A stretch of 64,000 nt of DNA from Callorhinchus milii (lineage: Eukaryota). A model generated the notes under the pieces. That model was given only the letters and a program-made list of their open reading frames with translations, had not been told where the DNA came from and made no database searches. Below, one piece after another: positions 37,430-49,600 of the stretch. Position 1 is the first letter of the stretch, and each line of letters begins with the position of its first letter. A program made the position numbers and the translations under genes. The stretch lies in contig NW_024704742.1 of assembly GCF_018977255.1 (NCBI RefSeq), forward strand, positions 10,604,001-10,668,000. Direction: 5' to 3'.

Positions 37430-37550
37430 TGACTCTTTGGTCATCTTACCCACCCCCATTTCCCTCACCCCTCTGAATTGAACCCCTAGATCAAGTGCAA
37501 ACCCTTGACATGTCCAGAGCTTTGGGATGTCCTCCCAATGTGAAAGATGA
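37430..37550 (+). mobile_element. L2 3' tail nested in CR1 ORF1
   Basis: TGTCCAGAGCTTTGGGATGTCCTCCCAATGTGAAAG. Confidence 0.7.
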
Positions 37551-37562
37551 AAAATAATGAAA

Positions 37563-37910
37563 GGAGTCCTGTAGCTTAGTGGTTAGAGCACTTGCCTTGC
37601 AAGTGAGCGACCTGGGTTCAAATCTTGGCAGGATGAAATGCTGGGTAAGTTTTCTTACTCCACAAGCCTCTGTTTACCTAGCAGTATCTAGTTGATTGGT
37701 GAATATCTTTTCCAAGGGTAATAATTCCTTTTTAAAAAATCAGTCATTCAATCCACGACTGTTTGTGGGACACTGCTGTGTGCAATTGGCTGCCATGTTT
37801 TGCCCACAAAATATACAGTCAATTCACTTTACAATATATTCTGTGTGAAGCGCTTTGAGATGTCTTGAAGACATGATGAGATGCTATATTGAATGCAAGG
37901 ATTATTATTA
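37563..37910 (+). mobile_element. tRNA-Ala-headed SINE, long form, full length, nested in CR1 ORF1
   Basis: Head through (TTA)n tail. Confidence 0.92.
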
Positions 37911-38177
37911 TTTCTCCAGCCATGCATTCATATGTTTGATCGTGCTGTTTTGATATTCACTTGCACGAGGCACTGAGAGCAATCCAGAGATCATTACCTT
38001 TGAGGTCCTACTCTTTTGCTTTTTCCCTAGCTTCTGATACTCTCCCTGTAGGATCCTAGCCTTTTTTCCCCCTATGTCATGGATCCCAAAATGGACCATG
38101 ACTTGTGGATGTTCCCTTTCCCCTAGAATGTTTTGACCTGTTCTGTGATGTCTTCAACCCTGACACCAGGAAGCAAC

Positions 38178-38560
38178 ATATCACCTCTTAAGTAAGAAGG
38201 TTGTGAGTTCAAGCCCCATATAGCGACTTGGAACTCATGTAGTCTAAGACAATACTCCAATGCAGTGCTGGGAAGTGCTGCCTTGTTGGAGGTGCCATCC
38301 TTCAGATGAGATGTTAAACAGGGCCCAGTTGCCTGTTCAGGTGGATGAGATCCAATGACACTATTCAAAATGAAAAGCAAGTTCCCCCTGGTGTCCTACC
38401 CAACAATCATGAAAATAAAATTGGTCACTCACTTTATGGCTATTTGTGGGACATTGCTGTGTGCAAATTGTCTGCTGTGTTCACCCACAAACGAAACAGT
38501 CACTCCATTTTACAGTAAATCCTCTGAAGCACTTGATGATGTCCAAATACTAGAATTATA
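38178..38560 (+). mobile_element. Old DeuSINE
   Basis: GAAGGTTGTGAGTTCAAGCCCCA head; GATGAGATGTTAAACAGGGCCC..GTTCCCCCTGGTGTCCT..; TTTGTGGGACATTGCTGTGTGCAAATTG. Confidence 0.8.
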
Positions 38561-39299
38561 AATAAGAGGCTCCGAAGTCCTGAGATAGGGTTTAAACCTA
38601 CTACCGAAGGTTGGCACCTTCAACCGCTCAGCATCCCAACACTGCACTGAAAAATGTCATTTTTGATTATATCAGGTCCACGTTCCAACATGGGACTTGA
38701 ACCCACAACCTGTTGACTGTTGTAGACTGACGCACCTATGCGTTATGTAGATTAAAGCAGTCAACACATTTTGTCCCCATCCCCCATTAATTTGCAGTTT
38801 AGCGCACATTAGGAGTTTGAAACAAGCCTCCCAATAGATTTAATATTCATTTTCTTTGTTTGAGATGTTACATTATGCCAGAAGATTTACAAAAAAAATA
38901 CAGCTAAGTGAAAATACTAAACTCAGCTCTGTATAATCCAGATTATAAACACGATAGTGTATTGCAGGCAGAGAAAAGCACTTTTTAAAAGGGGATTTAC
39001 TTTAAATGTTGTCAGGAATGATTAAAGGGGGGGATGAGCGTTGGAAATGTAATTGGTTTTATAGTGGGTATTAAGCTAAAGAAAAATATTAATGTCTCAG
39101 TGAGTCACTGAGATGGAATTAGCAGATCTTAAATGGAACATTTGCTCCATGCTGTGGCGTGTGTGAGGCACGTGTGATGTACAAGCAGCACATCGATGGG
39201 ATCCAAAATGAAGAGTCTCAAACAGAATTCCTTAGTGAGAAGCAAGAACTCCACTCTGAAAGTAGATTGGGTCAGAGTACAGTCAGTGTGGTGTATTTA

Positions 39300-39600
39300 G
39301 GAGTCCTGTAACTCAGTAGTTAGAGCATTCGCCTCGCAAGCAAGAGATCTGGGTTCGATTCTCGGCAGGGCGAAACCTCGGGCAAGTTTCCTTACTACAC
39401 ATGCCTGATAATAATCTCTCAAGAAAAAAAGTAATAATTTGGTTACTCAATCCACAACTGTTTATGGGACACAATTGGCTGCTGTGTTTTGCCCACAAAA
39501 TATACTGTCAATTCACTCTACAGTATATTGTGTGAAATGCTTTGAGATATCTAGAAGACGTGAAAAGCACTATATCCAATGCAAGGATTATTATTATTAT
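39300..39600 (+). mobile_element. tRNA-Ala-headed SINE, short form (TAGAA loop)
   Basis: Head through (TTA)n. Confidence 0.9.
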
Positions 39601-39993
39601 TTCTGTTTGCTGGAAAGAGTCCCTATTTGCAGGCTCTGTTGCTGGAAACCTGTTAGACATCAACATTTGTGGTGGTGCAGTCCAGTGAGCTGCTAGGATA
39701 GCAATATTGTCTCGCTGTTAGGCTCTTCCTGTGTTTTTAATTAACGTCTCTTATCTTGTAGCAGAAAAAATATTCACTCTATAAAATATTGGGCTGTACT
39801 TGTTACCTGAGGCAGCAAGACTTACAGCAAACCCTCTATCAAAGCTGCTCTGAAACAATACTTTGCTAATGTCAGTGTGTCAGCCTGGCTCAGTTGGTAG
39901 CATTCTAAATCAAAAGATTATGGGTTCCAGCCCCACGTTAGGAATTGGAACCCATATTGTCTCTCCAATGCTGTGCTGGTGATGTGGTGCAAA

Positions 39994-40073
39994 TCAAAGT
40001 CCTGATGTGGGGCTTGAACCCACAAGTTACTGGTCAGTAGCTTGTGGGTTCAAGCCCCACATCAGGACTTTGA
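39994..40073. repeat. 80-bp near-perfect palindrome derived from a DeuSINE head
   Basis: 39-bp arms with a single mismatch around a 2-nt centre. Confidence 0.95.
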
Positions 40074-40177
40074 ACTCATATAGTTTAATGAGTCTTATAG
40101 TTATCAAATGTGCCAGACTTAAACCCAGGCCTGACACAATCCAGGACACTACTGATCACCCTATAGTTCTACTACTA

Positions 40178-40533
40178 GTAATAATAATCCTTGCATTTGA
40201 TAGAGCGCCTTTATCATGTAATTGAGACGTCTCAAAGTACTTCACAGGGTATACTGTAAAGTGTAGTGACTGTGTATTTTGTGGGAGAACTCTGCAGCTA
40301 TTTTCTCACAGCAGTGTCGCACAACAGTTGTGGATTGAGTGACCTCATTTTTTTAGGGGATTATTACCCCTGGGAAGCGATCCGTCAATCAACTAACAAC
40401 CGGGTTCCTAATCCTGCTAGGTAAACAGAGGTGCCGAGTAAGGAAACATGCCTAAGGTTTCGCCCTGCTGGGAATCAAACCCAGGTCCTCTCCCTTGTGA
40501 GGCGAGTGCTCTAACCACTGAGCTACATGTCTC
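40178..40533 (-). mobile_element. tRNA-Ala-headed SINE, long form, full length
   Basis: Reverse complement of tail to head (CTCTAACCACTGAGCTACA). Confidence 0.9.
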
Positions 40534-42389
40534 CATAGTTGTAGGCATTATATCTGCTACAGCAAGTGTCGCTCACCACTAAACTTTAGGGTTAAACTCA
40601 AAAGAGGTTCTCAGAAAAGCCAGGATACAATGAAATTTGTTGTGTATACAACTGAGACAAATAGAGCAGATATGGTACCATAGTCATTCTGAAGCTTTAC
40701 AGTTTAGTAAAAGTGAATTATTTGAACCTTCAGCAGCATTGTCTAACCATTGTTACAATACCTGGCTATATTTTTTTGTGAGAATTGTATAAACAGTTAA
40801 AAAGGCGGGTGAGTGGCAGATAATAAAATGAGGAGGTTATTGCTTCTGAGATATTAAAGGTATCAAAGTCCATCTTTACCCATGTATGTAATTGGAACTT
40901 TCATCTATAAATATGAAGATTACATATTCAGTTTGCAACAGGATTTGGGTAAGATATTTTTCAGTGACCGTTTTAAAAAAAGTCACATAATCCTTGTGCC
41001 ACTGATTTGGAGCATAAGGCAGCAGACTTCCGTGCTTTACTACAGTCTGCAGTTTATAATTAATATTCGCAGCATGTTTTGCAATTACAGTTGGCATAAG
41101 ATAGAGCTAATCGGCTTTAGTTAAATTTGATCAGAATGGCAACGTCACAGTTTTCAGGCACAGAACCATATTTCCAATTTATCAGCTGCTCACGGTTTTA
41201 TTCCACAGGTCATGGCTTTTTTGTGAGCAAGTTTCTTTGTTGTGTTGGCCACTGTTACTTTCAAAAGTTTCCCTTCTCTGTTTTGGTGAATATTCACTGT
41301 GGAATGACAGTTATGAATTGCCACTATTTTTTCACTATTTTGTTTTAACTGGATTTTAGCTCGCGAAGCCAAGTGATACAATTCTTTACCCCACATTAAG
41401 CATCCACCAAGTGTCAACATCAACATTCCCAGATCAAATACAACAAGTACAACAACTTGCATTTATATAGTGCCTTTCACACGGGGTAGTGTCCTCCCAG
41501 AGCCACAGATATAGCTTAGTTAAACTTTGCCTACTTTGTGAAATATTGTGAGATTTTTTCCTACTTGAAAAGCAATTGTTGTTATTCTTGAGTGAAATTC
41601 CCTCTATTCTGTCCTGAACAATGTAGCTCAGCCCCAACCAATTTAGAGCATTCCTTGTACAGTCGTTTGACATATTTCCCCATTCCCATACGAACCCTTG
41701 CTAATCTCTTTGAGTGAATTGTCAAATGAGTTACCTTCTCTGCAACAGTTACTTGCATTTATATAAAGCCCTTTAAATGGGGTAGAATGTTGGAATACTC
41801 CCTTTGCTCCAACAATGGTGGATTCCTATTCTCTCGGGAACTCTTTTCCCAAATCATGTTACTACTTCTAATTTCAGAAAATCTCTCTCTCAGCTAAGCA
41901 TCTTTAAATCTCTTATTTCCAGATCCAGCACTATATATTTTCGAGCCATATTAGAATGTTCTTTCACCTGAAAAACACTAATTAAAAGCAAATTGTGTTG
42001 TTTTAGTGCCGAATTAATGGCAGTTTTGTGCTATGAGCTTGTGCCTACTTGCCTCGGTTGAGAATAATAAATTTTGATAATTGGAAAAATGAATCTTGAT
42101 GCCTTTTATACTCAATGTTGCCTTTGCGCATTGGTCTGCTGTTCTGTCGATGTCAGGAGCAATGTTAGTTCACTGAAATATTTTACCCAGAGTGTATGTC
42201 ACTCAAATGGGAAAAGCAACTTAGCCTCAGATAAAAAGGGAACAATTTCATTGTCCTGGCACTTGTTGCAGTGTTTGTCTTGTGGTTTTGAGATGGATTG
42301 TGCAATCTGAAGGGAAAGTGTGAAATCTTAAAACTTAATTTATATTACAGCAATTTGGGAACTTCCTCTCTATCTCTCTCTGCTTCACA

Positions 42390-42727
42390 GCACTTTGGGA
42401 TGTCTCGAAGACATGATAAGGTGCTATATCAAATGCAAGGATTATTGTTATTATTATTATCACGTCTTCGAGATGTCTCAAAGTGCTTCACAGGATATAC
42501 TGTAAAGTGAATTGACTGTATATTTTATGGGCGAAATGCTGCAGCCAATTGCACACAGCAGCGTTCCACAAACAGTCATGGATTGAGTGACCAGTTTATT
42601 ATATATATTTTTTGAAGGAATTATTACCCTCGGAAAAGCGATCTATCTGCCTATTGACTAACAACTGAATTCCTACTTAATACAGGTAAGCAGAGGCGTG
42701 TGGAGTAAGAAAACTTGCCCAACGTTT
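42390..42727. mobile_element. Tail-to-tail tRNA-Ala SINEs (+ tail 42390-42460; - long copy 42457-42727)
   Basis: Forward tail ending in (TTA)n abuts a reverse-oriented tail and body. Confidence 0.8.
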
Positions 42728-42814
42728 TTTTTTGCACAGCACAAATCTGCCTGGGATTTGGCACAAAATTGACAACCTCAGTCAAGTTGGGTGCAAAGGA
42801 TGGCTGTCTTTGCA

Positions 42815-43250
42815 CAAAACTCCGTACCCCTATCACACAGTCCTTGCCAGGCTCACTGGCTCCCAATTACTGAATGGATCGATTTCAAGATCCTCTCACT
42901 CGTTTTCAAATCACTTCATGGTCTCGCACCTCCCTAACTCTCCGACTTGCTTACACCCCACTCCCCCACTCGCTTCCTCTGCTCGGCTGGCTCCGACCTC
43001 CTGTACGACCCTCATCCCCTCCGCTCCCCATTAGCCGCTACACCTCAAAACTCTGGAACTCTCTCCCTCAATCCCTCCGCCTTGCCCCCTCCCACCTTCA
43101 AATCCCACCTAAGGACTTTTCTTTTTGATTGTGCTTACGGTCACCTCCCTCCTCCCTGGCCCCCTGGCTCGGAGTCAGACCCGCCACTGTAAAGTGCTCC
43201 AGGACATTACCCCACATGAAGGATGCTACATAAATGCAAGTTGTTGTTGT
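42815..43250 (+). mobile_element. L2 3' fragment (subfamily B)
   Basis: VLARL.WLP..DRF..KLWNSLPQSLRLAP; tail CCAGGACATTACCCCACATGAAGG..AAATGCAAG(TTG)n. Confidence 0.85.
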
Positions 43251-43423
43251 CTTTCAATATATAAATAGCACACGGGAGTGTCTGAGAATAGTGGTGAACC
43301 AGTGTCGAGCTGAATTGTGTTCGGATCAGTACATGGTACTAATTGTTGTATGATATGCCTCAAAGGACAAAAGTGCTACTTTTCTTTCGTACTCCTACCT
43401 GTTACATCACCCCATTAAATACA

Positions 43424-44913
43424 CAATTTTTCAATCTTCGTTGGACACAGGAGTGGTGCCAGAGGACTGGAGAATGGCCAATGTGACTCCTCTGTACAAA
43501 AAGGGACAGAAGGACAAATCTGGGAACTACAGGCCAGTCAGCCTAACGTCAGTAGTGGGGAAACTCCTGGAGACTAAAATTCCGGGACAGAATAAATCTT
43601 CACTTAGAAGAATATGGGTTAATTAGGGACAGCCAACATGGATTTGTTAAAGGCAAATCTTGTCTAACAAATCTAATAGAATTTTTCAATGAGGTAACGG
43701 AGAGGGTGGATAAAGGTAGTGCAGTTGATGTAGTTTATATGGACTTTCAAAAGGCATTTGACAAAGTGCCACATGATACACTTGTAAGAAAGATAGAAGC
43801 CCACGGTGTAAAAGGGACAGTGGCAGCATGGATCCAGAACGGGCTGGGAGACAGAAAGCAGAGAGTTGTGGTGAACGGCTGCTTTTCTGACCGGAGGGAA
43901 GTGTACAGTGGCGTCCCCCAGGGATCGGTATTAGGACCACTGCTCTTAATATACATAAATGATCTGGACTTGGGTATAGCAAGCACCATTTCCAAGTTTG
44001 CGGGTGACACAAAGTTAGGTAGGGTGGTAAACAGTGAGAAGGATAGGAGCCAACTGCAGGAAGACATAGACAGAATGGTAAAATGGGCAGACACATGGCA
44101 GATGAGTTTCAATGTGGAGAAATGCGAAATAATGCATTTTGGTAGAAAGAATGAGGGGAGGCAAATAGGCTGGTAATACAATCTTAAGAGGGGTAAAAGA
44201 ACAGAGAGACCTGGGGGTGCAGGTAAATGAATCCTTGAAGGTGGCAGGACAGGTAGATAAGGCTGTAAAAAGGGCACATGGGATACTAGGCTTTATAATT
44301 AGGGGCATAGAGTACAAGAGTCAGGAGGTTATGATTAACCAAATAAAACACTGGTTAGGCCTCAGAATACTGCGCCCAGTTCTGGGCACCACACTATAGG
44401 AAGGACGTTAAGGCATTGGAAAGGGTGCAGAGGAGATTTACGAGGATGGTACCAGGAATGAGGGACCTTGATTATGAGGAAAGGCTTGAGAGGCGAGGAT
44501 TATTCTCATTGGAGCAGAGAAGGTTACGATGAGACCTAATAGAGGTCTTCAAAATCATGAGATTTGATAGGTTAGAAAAGGAAAAACTGTTTCCACTGGT
44601 GGGAGTGTCGATGACTCGAGGTCACAGATTCAAAATAGTCTCTAAAAGAAGCAGAGGGGAGGTGAGAAGAATGTTTTTCACGCAGCGAGTTGTTCGAATC
44701 TGGAACGCATTGCCTGAAAGGGTGGTCGAGGCCGATTTGATAACAACTTTTAAAAACGCGGTGGACGGGTATTTGAGGAGGACGGGTTTGCAGGTTATGG
44801 GGAAAGGGCTGGGGAGTCGGATTGACATTAATTGCTCTATTCAACGAGCCGGCACAAACTCGATGGGCCGAATGGCCTCTTTTTGTGGTGTACAATTCTA
44901 TGATTCTATGATT
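43424..44913 (+). mobile_element. CR1 LINE 3' half (RT to intact 3' end)
   Basis: NYRPVSLTSVVGK; YMDFQKAFDKVPH; GVPQGSVLGP; FAGDTKLG (catalytic D mutated); TRGHRFKI..FFTQRVVRIWNALP; terminal ATTCTATG x2. Confidence 0.95.
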
Positions 44914-45469
44914 AATTCTGGGGTCAGTTTATGCCCATTTCTCAGGTGCTTTTAACCTTTAGGTGCTGAGTACAAGTCATAACTATTTTCTCATCAGGAG
45001 GATATTCCAAAGAACTTTGCAGAATATATTGTAAAGTGCAGTAACTGTGTGGTGGCATACCTGTATGGTGGCCAATTTGCATGTAATGCCCCACAAACAG
45101 CAATGTCATTTTTTTAAGAAACTTTGTTTGATAATAGCACAATTTTGTGAAAATCATAGTCACCCCTCATTGCTGTTAATGTCCTGCTTTCTAACCTACT
45201 GTTGGTCCTTTTTGCTAAAGTGAAGAATTTGCCGGGATTGGCTATTGAAAATCAGTTACGTCACATCGGAATGCGCTCTTAGTCAAAGGAATCATGCCGA
45301 CTCGCAGATGACAGATATTGAACTACCATTTGGATTTAGACCATGATTTATTATTTCCGTGCTGTAACGCTCTATGTAACTTCTGAAGCACATAAGAAGC
45401 GACTGACCCCTTTTATTTCACTCCTTTTATTTCATTTATTTTATTTCACCTGGTGGATGCTGTGGTATA

Positions 45470-45810
45470 ACAGCAACAACAACAACAACAAAATTATATT
45501 TATAGAGTGCCTTTCACGTCGGGAGGACGTCCCAAAGCGCTGAACAGTCAGGGGTCGGGGCCCGAGCATGGGGGAGGGGTGATGTAGGAGTGAGGGAAGG
45601 CAGAGAGGTGGGAGGGAGACCAAAGGCACGGTCCAAGAGAAGAGTCGTGAGACCGACCTTGAAGGAGGCAAGGGAGGAAGCGAGGCAAAGGGACCGTGGG
45701 ATGGAGTTCCAGAGTGTGGGGCCAGAGAAGCTGAAAGCCCGGCCACCGATGGTTGGGCGGGAGACATGGAGCAGGCTGGAGCCCGATGAATGGAGGGAGC
45801 GGGCAGTCTC
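45470..45810 (-). mobile_element. L2 3' fragment (subfamily A)
   Basis: (CAA)n; reverse strand reads GCGCTTTGGGACGTCCTCCCGACGTGAAAGGCAC. Confidence 0.9.
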
Positions 45811-45848
45811 CTAGGTATTGCATGATTTTCATTGAAGGGCAAGTCCTC

Positions 45849-46167
45849 AATAATAATAATAATCCTTGCATTTGATATAGTGTCTTACCATGTCTTCGAG
45901 ACACCTCAAAGCGCTTCACAGAATATACTGTAAAGTGAATTGACTGTATATTTTGTGGGCAAAATGCAGCAGCCGATTGCACACAACAGTGTCCCACAAA
46001 CAGTAGTGGATTGAAGTGACAAATTTATTATTATTATTTGAAGAAATTATTACCGCCAAAAAATATTCCGCCAATCGACTACCTGCCCAACATTTCGCCT
46101 GCTGGGAATCGAACCCAGGTCTCTCGCTTGCAAGGCAACTGCTCTAACCACTGAGCTACAGAACTCC
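45849..46167 (-). mobile_element. tRNA-Ala-headed SINE
   Basis: Tail to head on the reverse strand; TCGAA loop. Confidence 0.9.
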
Positions 46168-46319
46168 ACAAGGAAGTATTTAGTGTTTAGCGAGTAATAT
46201 TCCTGAGATTGTTGAGAGGCACATCACAAAACCAGCAAGACTCGCTCTTTGTCAGTTTGTTTTTTGACACCTTCGACTTACCATCTAGGACAGCTGAAAC
46301 ATTTTGTTTTTCATGTGTA

Positions 46320-46490
46320 CATTGGTCAATCACTCCATGGATATTTGTGGGACACTGCTGTGCGCAATCGTCTGCCAAGTTTTGCCCACAAAACACAAAG
46401 TCAATCCACTTTACAATGTATCCTGTGAAGCGTTTTGAGAAGTCTCAATGTCGTGATAGGTGCTATATCAAATACAAGGATTATTATTAC
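46320..46490 (+). mobile_element. tRNA-Ala SINE 3' half
   Basis: Body and tail. Confidence 0.8.
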
Positions 46491-46734
46491 ATTTTTAATT
46501 TATGGGTCACAATTTTAAACTCTAGCTTTCTGCAACAATTAAAACCACCCAGCCCTTTAGGGCTTTGCTTTGCAGGGTTAACAGGAGTTGAGTGGGATGA
46601 ATCCCCTAAAGGTATTTATATTCAAATTGTGGACTTCTATACAAAAGTGTTGATTAGTCCCTGGCTAAAGGAGAAGGAGCAGAAGGTAGGCGTCGGGTAA
46701 AATGGGAAGGCATATTGACGGGATGGCTCAGAGT

Positions 46735-46915
46735 TCTGTGCTGAAACCCTTTGTGTTCCTTGAATACACATTTTTGTGACCTAGAGATTAACAGGCTCAG
46801 TTTCAAGTAGCTGTATTTGCAGGGGGTATCAAGTTCATTTAGAGCTGTGGAATCAGAGGAGGCAGCCAAGATCTTGCAGAGATCTCAAGAGCCTGGACTG
46901 ATGACTGGCAAATGT
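46735..46915 (+). mobile_element. Highly decayed CR1 RT fragment
   Basis: Reads FAGGIK..RAVESEEAAKILQR..DDWQM, similar to the CR1 post-FADD segment. Confidence 0.5.
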
Positions 46916-46944
46916 TCAACGAATCCATAGATACGTGCAAGGTA

Positions 46945-47070
46945 CTACAACAACACCACAATTACATTTATAGAGCGCCTGTCACGTTGGGAGGACGTCC
47001 CAAAGCGCTGAACAGTCAGGTGTTGGGGCCCGAGCATGGGGGAGGGGTGGTGTAGGGGTGAGGGAAAGTT
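46945..47070 (-). mobile_element. L2 3' tail (subfamily A)
   Basis: Very similar to 45490-45600. Confidence 0.85.
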
Positions 47071-47309
47071 GCTCCTTTGTTGTTCCTCAGCTACATTGTG
47101 GAAGTTGATATAAGAGGCACATGTTTTCTATTTGTCTGTGAAGCCAGGGCTCCCATTGTTAGCAGGATTTTGGCTTCATACTGAACAAAAAACTCATGGT
47201 AATATTCTTACTAATTGCCATACAGATGTGCGATTCAGGTTTATAGACTTCATTGAGAATGATAGGAGTGGGGAGGGGCGAAGGAAATGGCCACCCAGGC
47301 ACTTAGAAA

Positions 47310-47430
47310 TGTAGAAACATGAGTAGGCTATTCAGCTCCTCGAGGCTGTTCCACCATTCATGATCTGTACCTCAAGTCCAATTACCAGTATCCTTGCCCC
47401 GTATCCCTTAATACCCTGACCTAACAACTT
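47310..47430 (-). mobile_element. CR1 3' end
   Basis: TAGAAACATGAGTAGGCTATTCAGCTCCTCGAG..CCCCGTATCCCTTAATACC, the reverse of a CR1 3' UTR. Confidence 0.6.
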
Positions 47431-47452
47431 TACTTCCATGTAAATCCCAATC

Positions 47453-47662
47453 AATAATAATAATAATCCCTCCAAAACAAAACAATAATAAATTGGTCAT
47501 TTTCAATTCACGACTGTTTGTGGGACACTGCTGTGCGTAATTGGCTGCTGCGTTTTGCCCACAAATATATGGTCAATTCAATTTACAGTCTATTCTGTGA
47601 AGCGTTTTGAGAGGTCTAGAAGATGTGAAAAGCACTATATCAAATGCAAAGATTATTATTAT
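47453..47662 (+). mobile_element. tRNA-Ala SINE short form, 5'-truncated
   Basis: Body and TAGAA-loop tail. Confidence 0.85.
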
Positions 47663-47974
47663 ATAATATGCATTCAGAACTTCTAAATTTGAATATAATC
47701 ATTGACACTTTTGCATATTGTGATCTGGTGATTAACAGGCTCGGTTTAAAGTAAATATATTTGTAGGTGGCACTAAGTTCATTTAGAACTGGGGCCTAAT
47801 TGATTTCACAAACAATATGTGGCCGAAGTGGCCATCACTCTTGACAAACCTTCAAGATCAGAGGCCATTTGCAGCTTGGGAGGAAGCTTTCTTTGGGACT
47901 GGGATGACTCTCGGTTAAATACATATAATGCAAGATGCACCTGAAGCTGTAGACATACCCTCAACCTTGCAAGT

Positions 47975-48250
47975 CAATACAATACAAAATTACATTTATA
48001 TAGCACCTTTCACGTCAGGAGGATGTCCCAAAGCACTGGACAGTCAGGGATTTGGACACAAGCTGGCTGTTGGGATCAGAGAGGGTGGAGAGCGGGGAGG
48101 ATAGGGGTAGGACAGTGACCAAAGGCATGGTCAAAAAAGGTCTTGAGACAGGTCTTGAAGGAGGCAATGGAGGGGGGGCGAGGTGAAGGGACTGTGAGAT
48201 GGAGTTACAGAGGGTGGGGCCAAAGAGGCTGAAGTCAAGGCTCCAACAGG
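47975..48250 (-). mobile_element. L2 3' fragment (subfamily A)
   Basis: Reverse of L2 C-terminus and tail. Confidence 0.85.
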
Positions 48251-48911
48251 TCGAGCCATCTTAGCTGGAGAAGAACCGTGCTGTGAGATTTCCAAACTCT
48301 CTTTCATTGAAGGTAAAGTTAGTTCTAACTCCACTCATTTTATTCAGAAATACTATGTTCCCCATCTTTTCCTATTGGGAGGTAAGCCCCTGTGCTGACT
48401 CTGCTTGGGAAGAAGTTGAGAGGAGTAACCCCTAGCAGAAGCTGAATGTACTGTTATATACTCGTGACAAACACAATGAAATCTGCTTCAGAGTACAAAT
48501 TCAGTCACCTTTGGAAGATCTTTATTTTTGAGATGTATGTACATTTAATAAATATTGATTATGTTCCTGACCAGGGGTCTAATGTCCTATAAATCCTATA
48601 CATCCAATTGGATTTTTGTAGGACAGAAAGTGAACTCTCAGCTATTTTGAAAAATGATTGTTTCATAAACACTTGTGAAATCTGGTAAAGATAGTTGAGT
48701 GCAGTTTTATGTAGTTCTTTATTGATGAATTACTGCTTTTCCGCACTAATGTTCTCAGCTGTCCATTGGATTTCCTGCAGCTTCCATCAGTGGTGGTCTA
48801 GAGTTGCAGAACTCCATATATTCCTTTACAATTTGAAATGTAGCGACTGTGTGCTACTTGTGCTATTATATGTACCTTGTACAAACCACCTTATACCTCC
48901 AATGAGGTATA

Positions 48912-49600
48912 TAAACTTGCATTTATCTAGCGCCCTTCACATGGGGTAGCGTCCCGGAGCATTTGACAGTGGTGGAGTCTGACCCTGAGCCAGGGGTAGA
49001 GTTGACTGTAAGCACGATCAAAAGCGAAGGTCTTTAAGCGGAGTTTAAAAGTGTGGAACGAAGGGGCAACGTGGAGGGATTGAGGGAGGGCGTTCCAGAG
49101 TTTTGGGGCATTGGCTGATAGCATGGTCACTGATGGTGGAGCGGAGGGCAATGAGGGACAAACAGGAAGTCTAAGCCAGCCGAGCAGAGGCAGCGGGTGG
49201 TGGAATGGAGAGTAAGCAGGTCGGAGAGGTAGGAAGGTGCCAGGGCATGAAGTGATTTGAGAATGAGTGTGAGGATCTTTAATAATATTTCTTGCATTTA
49301 ATGTAGCTCTTTTCACGTCTTCTAGATGTCTCAAAGTGCTTCACAGAATATACTGTAAAGTGAATTGACTGTATATATGTGGATAAAGTGCAACAGCCAA
49401 TTGCGCACAGCAGTGTCCCACAAAAAGTCGTGGATTGAGTGACCAAATCATTATTATTTTTTTCTTGGGGGATTATTATCAGGCATGTATATGCACAGCC
49501 TCTCCCAGTGTCTCTCACTGTATACTTGAAATCGATCCGTTCAGTGAATGGGAGCCAGCGAAGCCTGGCAAGGACTGATGTGATGGGAGGATGGAGCCTT
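48912..49600 (-). mobile_element. L2 (subfamily B) 3' fragment interrupted by a SINE (49280-49490)
   Basis: PITSVLARLRWLPFTERIDFK (49530-49600) continues at 49279 leftwards with KLWNALPQ..FKLRLKTFAF. Confidence 0.85.

Larger units (their letters stand above)
35607..38180 (-). mobile_element. CR1 LINE 5' half: ORF1 SGNH esterase, endonuclease and start of RT; interrupted at 37427-37909
   Basis: ORF 37908-38099 VHFGIHDIG..KVMISGLL.VPRAS..NAWLEK continues as WCRKEGFRFLDHWD at ~37420; EN motif ETWLK..NIPG..FRRDR..G.GVAILIK near 36900-37040; DKSPGPD..PRLLRE at 35662-35880. Confidence 0.9.

Noticed and set aside
35607..44913. CR1 5' half (-) and 3' half (+) as one element broken by an ~8-kb inversion
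   Set aside because: The geometry fits, but the ~180-bp overlap is only about 83% identical by hand count, with many codon third-position differences; two distinct copies are more likely
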